Shown: positions 45,378-47,905 of the stretch, piece by piece
Position numbering within the stretch: the stretch's first letter is position 1
Layout: every line of letters starts with the position of its first letter
Source of the DNA: a virus
Taxonomy: Duplodnaviria > Caudoviricetes
IMG/VR virus record: IMGVR_UViG_3300044820_000192
Coordinates: 1 to 47,905 of that record
Strand: one strand, 5' to 3'
DNA: 47,905 nt
Program-made: the position numbers and the translations under genes
Notes under the pieces: generated by a model
Databases searched by the model: none
Told to the model about the DNA's origin: nothing
Seen by the model: the letters and a program-made list of their open reading frames with translations, nothing else

Positions 45378-45629
45378 TCAGCGGTATGCATCCTTGCGGT
45401 CGGACACTTCGAAGATGACCAAATAGCCTTCGTCGTAATAAAAGCAGATGCGCCATTTCCCGACTCTGAGCCGGAAATCGCCATCGCTCCCTTGGAGTTT
45501 CTTGACCTTTCCGATGCCGGTGTAAGCGAATTTCTCGGCAGCCTGCACTAAGTGCTCTTTCAGGTCCTCATCCTCGAAGCTCTCGATATTTCGGTAGCCG
45601 CTCGGATCGAAGCAGACGCCTCGGATCAT
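45378..45629 (-). CDS. RelE/ParE-family toxin
   Basis: VKKLQG...FRLRVGKWRICF...V.DRKDAYR; ATGA overlap with antitoxin. Confidence 0.88.
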   Translation of the reverse strand: MIRGVCFDPSGYRNIESFEDEDLKEHLVQAAEKFAYTGIGKVKKLQGSDGDFRLRVGKWRICFYYDEGYLVIFEVSDRKDAYR

Positions 45630-46036
45630 GACGAACGGCGCCGCCGCCATTCCTCAACGGTGATTCGCGGGCCGCGTTCGGCGCGGGCAGATTCCGTCTT
45701 CGGGTCGAGCGCCAGCGCAAGCGTCTCGGCGCTGTCGGAGAATTCGTCCTGTGCCTCGAAAAGGAGAGCGTTGGTTCCGGGTTCCGCTGTCAGGGCCTGG
45801 AACTCCTGCGCCACATCGAGGGCTTGGCGGCAGATGTTATTGGCCTCGTCGCGGTCAGAGACATCGAGATCGTCGAGAAACTTCCCCGCCGCGGTGGCGG
45901 CCTCGATGATTTGCCCTTCGTGACCGGCGGCATGGCGATTGAGTAGCTTGTCCAGCCGGTATTCGGCCAACAGATGTAACAGCGCGTGCAGGTGCACCAG
46001 CCATTCCGCGCGCAAAAGCGATGTGGGCGACGCCAT
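45626..46036 (-). CDS. Putative antitoxin
   Basis: Acidic, upstream of and coupled to toxin; ends RITVEEWRR. Confidence 0.7.
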   Translation of the reverse strand: MASPTSLLRAEWLVHLHALLHLLAEYRLDKLLNRHAAGHEGQIIEAATAAGKFLDDLDVSDRDEANNICRQALDVAQEFQALTAEPGTNALLFEAQDEFSDSAETLALALDPKTESARAERGPRITVEEWRRRRSS

Positions 46037-46063
46037 GGCCCCATCTTACCTCTCAGTATTTCC

Positions 46064-46426
46064 ATGCCGGCCACATTCCCCACCCTCTCCAGCGGTAGCG
46101 GCTCGATCCGCTATCCGCTCAGCCGCTCGAAAACCTATGTCACCGGACTCCACCGTTTCGGCAACGGCAGCGAGCAACGCTGGAAGTCGGTGGGCGCGCT
46201 GCAGCGGCCGCTCGAGATCCAGCTCCGCGGCCTGGACGGGTACAACCTCTCGCTGGTCCGCGAGTTCTTCCGCTCCATGAAGGGCGCCTTCGATTCCACC
46301 TGGTCGATCACGCTGGGCGCCGCGACCTATCCCAACTGCGCCTTCGACCAGGACGATTTCTCGCCTGTCGAGCGCAAACCGAACCTCTACGACCTGACCC
46401 TGCGCATCGTCCAGACGCACTCCTAA
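46064..46426 (+). CDS. Distal tail protein (DUF2460-like)
   Basis: FPTL...YP...F.NGSEQR...FF..MKG.F. Confidence 0.7.
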   Translation: MPATFPTLSSGSGSIRYPLSRSKTYVTGLHRFGNGSEQRWKSVGALQRPLEIQLRGLDGYNLSLVREFFRSMKGAFDSTWSITLGAATYPNCAFDQDDFSPVERKPNLYDLTLRIVQTHS

Positions 46427-46431
46427 ACTAC

Positions 46432-47280
46432 ATGCCCACTTACTTCCCCCCGCTGAATTCGCGCGGCATGCTGGTCCAGCGGCCCTACCAGACTTCGCAC
46501 AGTTACTCGACCATCCGCGAGGACATGCCCATGGGCCGCCGCTATGCCTTCGAGCAGTTCGGCAACGGCCTGGCGCGCTTCCCCTCCGAGCCGCTGGCCC
46601 GCTTCGACCTTCAGTATTCGAGCCTGACCGACGACGAGCTCGCCGCGCTCGAAGCGTTCTTCGATGCCATGGCCGGCCGCTTCGGCCCGTTCACCTTTCT
46701 CGATCCCAACGGCAACCTGGTCGCGGCGTCTGAGAACTTCTCCGATGCGAGCTGGCAGTCATACTCGGCGAGCCCCGGATCTTCCGCCTCCGATCCCTGG
46801 GGCGGAGCCCGCGGTACCTCAGTCTCCAGCTCGGGTTCGAACTCAATGCTCGCCACCGCCGTGCTCCCCGACGGCGGAGCGGCGGGATTCGTCCTGTGCG
46901 GCTCGGTGTGGGTGCTGGCTCCCGCGGCGCAGCAGCTCGCCATCGGCTTCATCGACTCCAGTTTCACCCTGCTGCACTCCACCACCTGGAATCTGCCGGC
47001 GAACTCCTGGACGCGCATCTTCGACACCCACCAGCTCGCCACCGCCTCCTACATCCGCCTGCTGATCGGCGGCCTCGGCACCTGGTCCGGCCAGACGCTG
47101 CGCCTCTTCGGCGCTCAGTGCGTTCCCACGCTGGGCCCCGGCGCTTATGCCAAGACGCCCGGAAACTACGGCCTCCATCCCAACTGCCGCTTCGACACGG
47201 ACGCGCTCGCCATCAACTACCAGGCCCGCAACCGCACCGCCGTCCGCGCTCCCATCGCCGAGTACTTCGTGAATTCCTGA
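46432..47280 (+). CDS. Distal-tail-like protein with inserted carbohydrate-binding-like domain
   Basis: L..L..FF.AM.GRF..F.F.DP..NL...SE.F...W. Confidence 0.7.
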   Translation: MPTYFPPLNSRGMLVQRPYQTSHSYSTIREDMPMGRRYAFEQFGNGLARFPSEPLARFDLQYSSLTDDELAALEAFFDAMAGRFGPFTFLDPNGNLVAASENFSDASWQSYSASPGSSASDPWGGARGTSVSSSGSNSMLATAVLPDGGAAGFVLCGSVWVLAPAAQQLAIGFIDSSFTLLHSTTWNLPANSWTRIFDTHQLATASYIRLLIGGLGTWSGQTLRLFGAQCVPTLGPGAYAKTPGNYGLHPNCRFDTDALAINYQARNRTAVRAPIAEYFVNS

Positions 47281-47308
47281 CCTCCTCGCAAGGCCGGAAG
47301 TCTCCGCA

Positions 47309-47336
47309 TTCTGACTTCTGGCTCCTGACTTCTGAC
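47309..47336 (+). repeat. Heptamer tandem repeat (TYCTGRC)x4
   Basis: TTCTGAC TTCTGGC TCCTGAC TTCTGAC. Confidence 0.8.
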
Positions 47337-47352
47337 TTCCTGCTTCACTAAT

Positions 47353-47905
47353 ATGCCCGTCGGAACCATCAACCAGGCCAAGGATCTCGCCCAGACCTAC
47401 CAGCCGCTTCTGCTGGCCACGCTCACTCTGAGCGATTCCACCGTCTGGAGATTCGCGACTCACGGCCTCACCATGGCCGACTCGGGATTCCTCTATCTCG
47501 GCAACGCCTACCTGCCGCGCATCACCAACCAGAACATCGCCGCCATCCAGGCCTTGAGCAGCCAGGGCATCGACACGCCGCCCACGGTCACCCTCAAGCT
47601 CTCCGATCCGGACCGGTTTCTGTTCAATGCCATCGAGCGCACCGGGCCCGGCGCTAAGGGCGCGCGCATGGTACTGACGTTCTGCTTTTGGAATGTTGGC
47701 GCGAACGACTTCAGCTCCAACCAGCAAATCGTGTTCTCCGGCACGTGCGATGCCGGGCGGCTGCAGGGCAAGAGCTTCACCGTCGCCGCGACTTCGAAGA
47801 TGAACATGCAGCGCATCCTGCTGCCTTCCGCTCCGGTACAGAAGTACTGCGGCTGGTTCTTCCCCGCCGCGGCCGCCGATCGCCAGGCCGGCGCAGACGA
47901 TAACA
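47353..47905 (+). CDS. Tail tip/hub protein, N-terminal part (continues at window start)
   Basis: ATG 47353 open to the window end, 184 codons + 1 nt; ends QKYCGWFFP...ADDN. Confidence 0.8.
   Translation, partial: MPVGTINQAKDLAQTYQPLLLATLTLSDSTVWRFATHGLTMADSGFLYLGNAYLPRITNQNIAAIQALSSQGIDTPPTVTLKLSDPDRFLFNAIERTGPGAKGARMVLTFCFWNVGANDFSSNQQIVFSGTCDAGRLQGKSFTVAATSKMNMQRILLPSAPVQKYCGWFFPAAAADRQAGADDN

Larger units (their letters stand above)
1..47905. mobile_element. Temperate siphovirus genome, near-complete, circularly permuted, excised (attP) form
   Basis: Terminase, portal, scaffold, capsid, tail tube, chaperone frameshift, tape measure, integrase, cI/cro and rep are all present; no host housekeeping genes; the terminal ORF continues into the first ORF. 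Confidence 0.93.

Noticed and set aside
1-47905. DGR, retron, IS element or contractile tail
   Set aside because: No reverse transcriptase, TR/VR pair, transposase, sheath or baseplate wedge motifs seen

Overview
The window looks like an essentially complete, circularly permuted ~47.9 kb GC-rich temperate siphovirus. The host is probably an Acidobacterium, inferred from recalled gene-family resemblance only. The last ORF (47353-47905) continues into the first (2-3181) with a one-base offset at the junction, and an intact attP (3' half of tRNA-Cys) follows the integrase. Modules in order: tail tip/holin (1-7.0 kb); a small leftward operon and divergent promoter (7.0-8.95 kb); recombination genes (9-12 kb); a second, FimB-like tyrosine recombinase with a dif-like site (12.2-13 kb); lysogeny region (13.4-17.5 kb); replication initiator and early genes including three sigma-factor-like ORFs (17.8-27.5 kb); packaging/head (27.6-38 kb); tail with a -1 frameshift chaperone and tape measure (39-47.9 kb), with SieB-like/HNH and RelE-type toxin-antitoxin morons. 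Best candidate for a new system: an unannotated 41-aa secreted CxxC peptide gene coupled to a 7-TM membrane protein, convergent with a helical protein that is translationally coupled to the cI-like repressor. This may be a non-arbitrium peptide-sensing lysis/lysogeny module. No endolysin was recognised. Product names come from motif recognition, not database searches.
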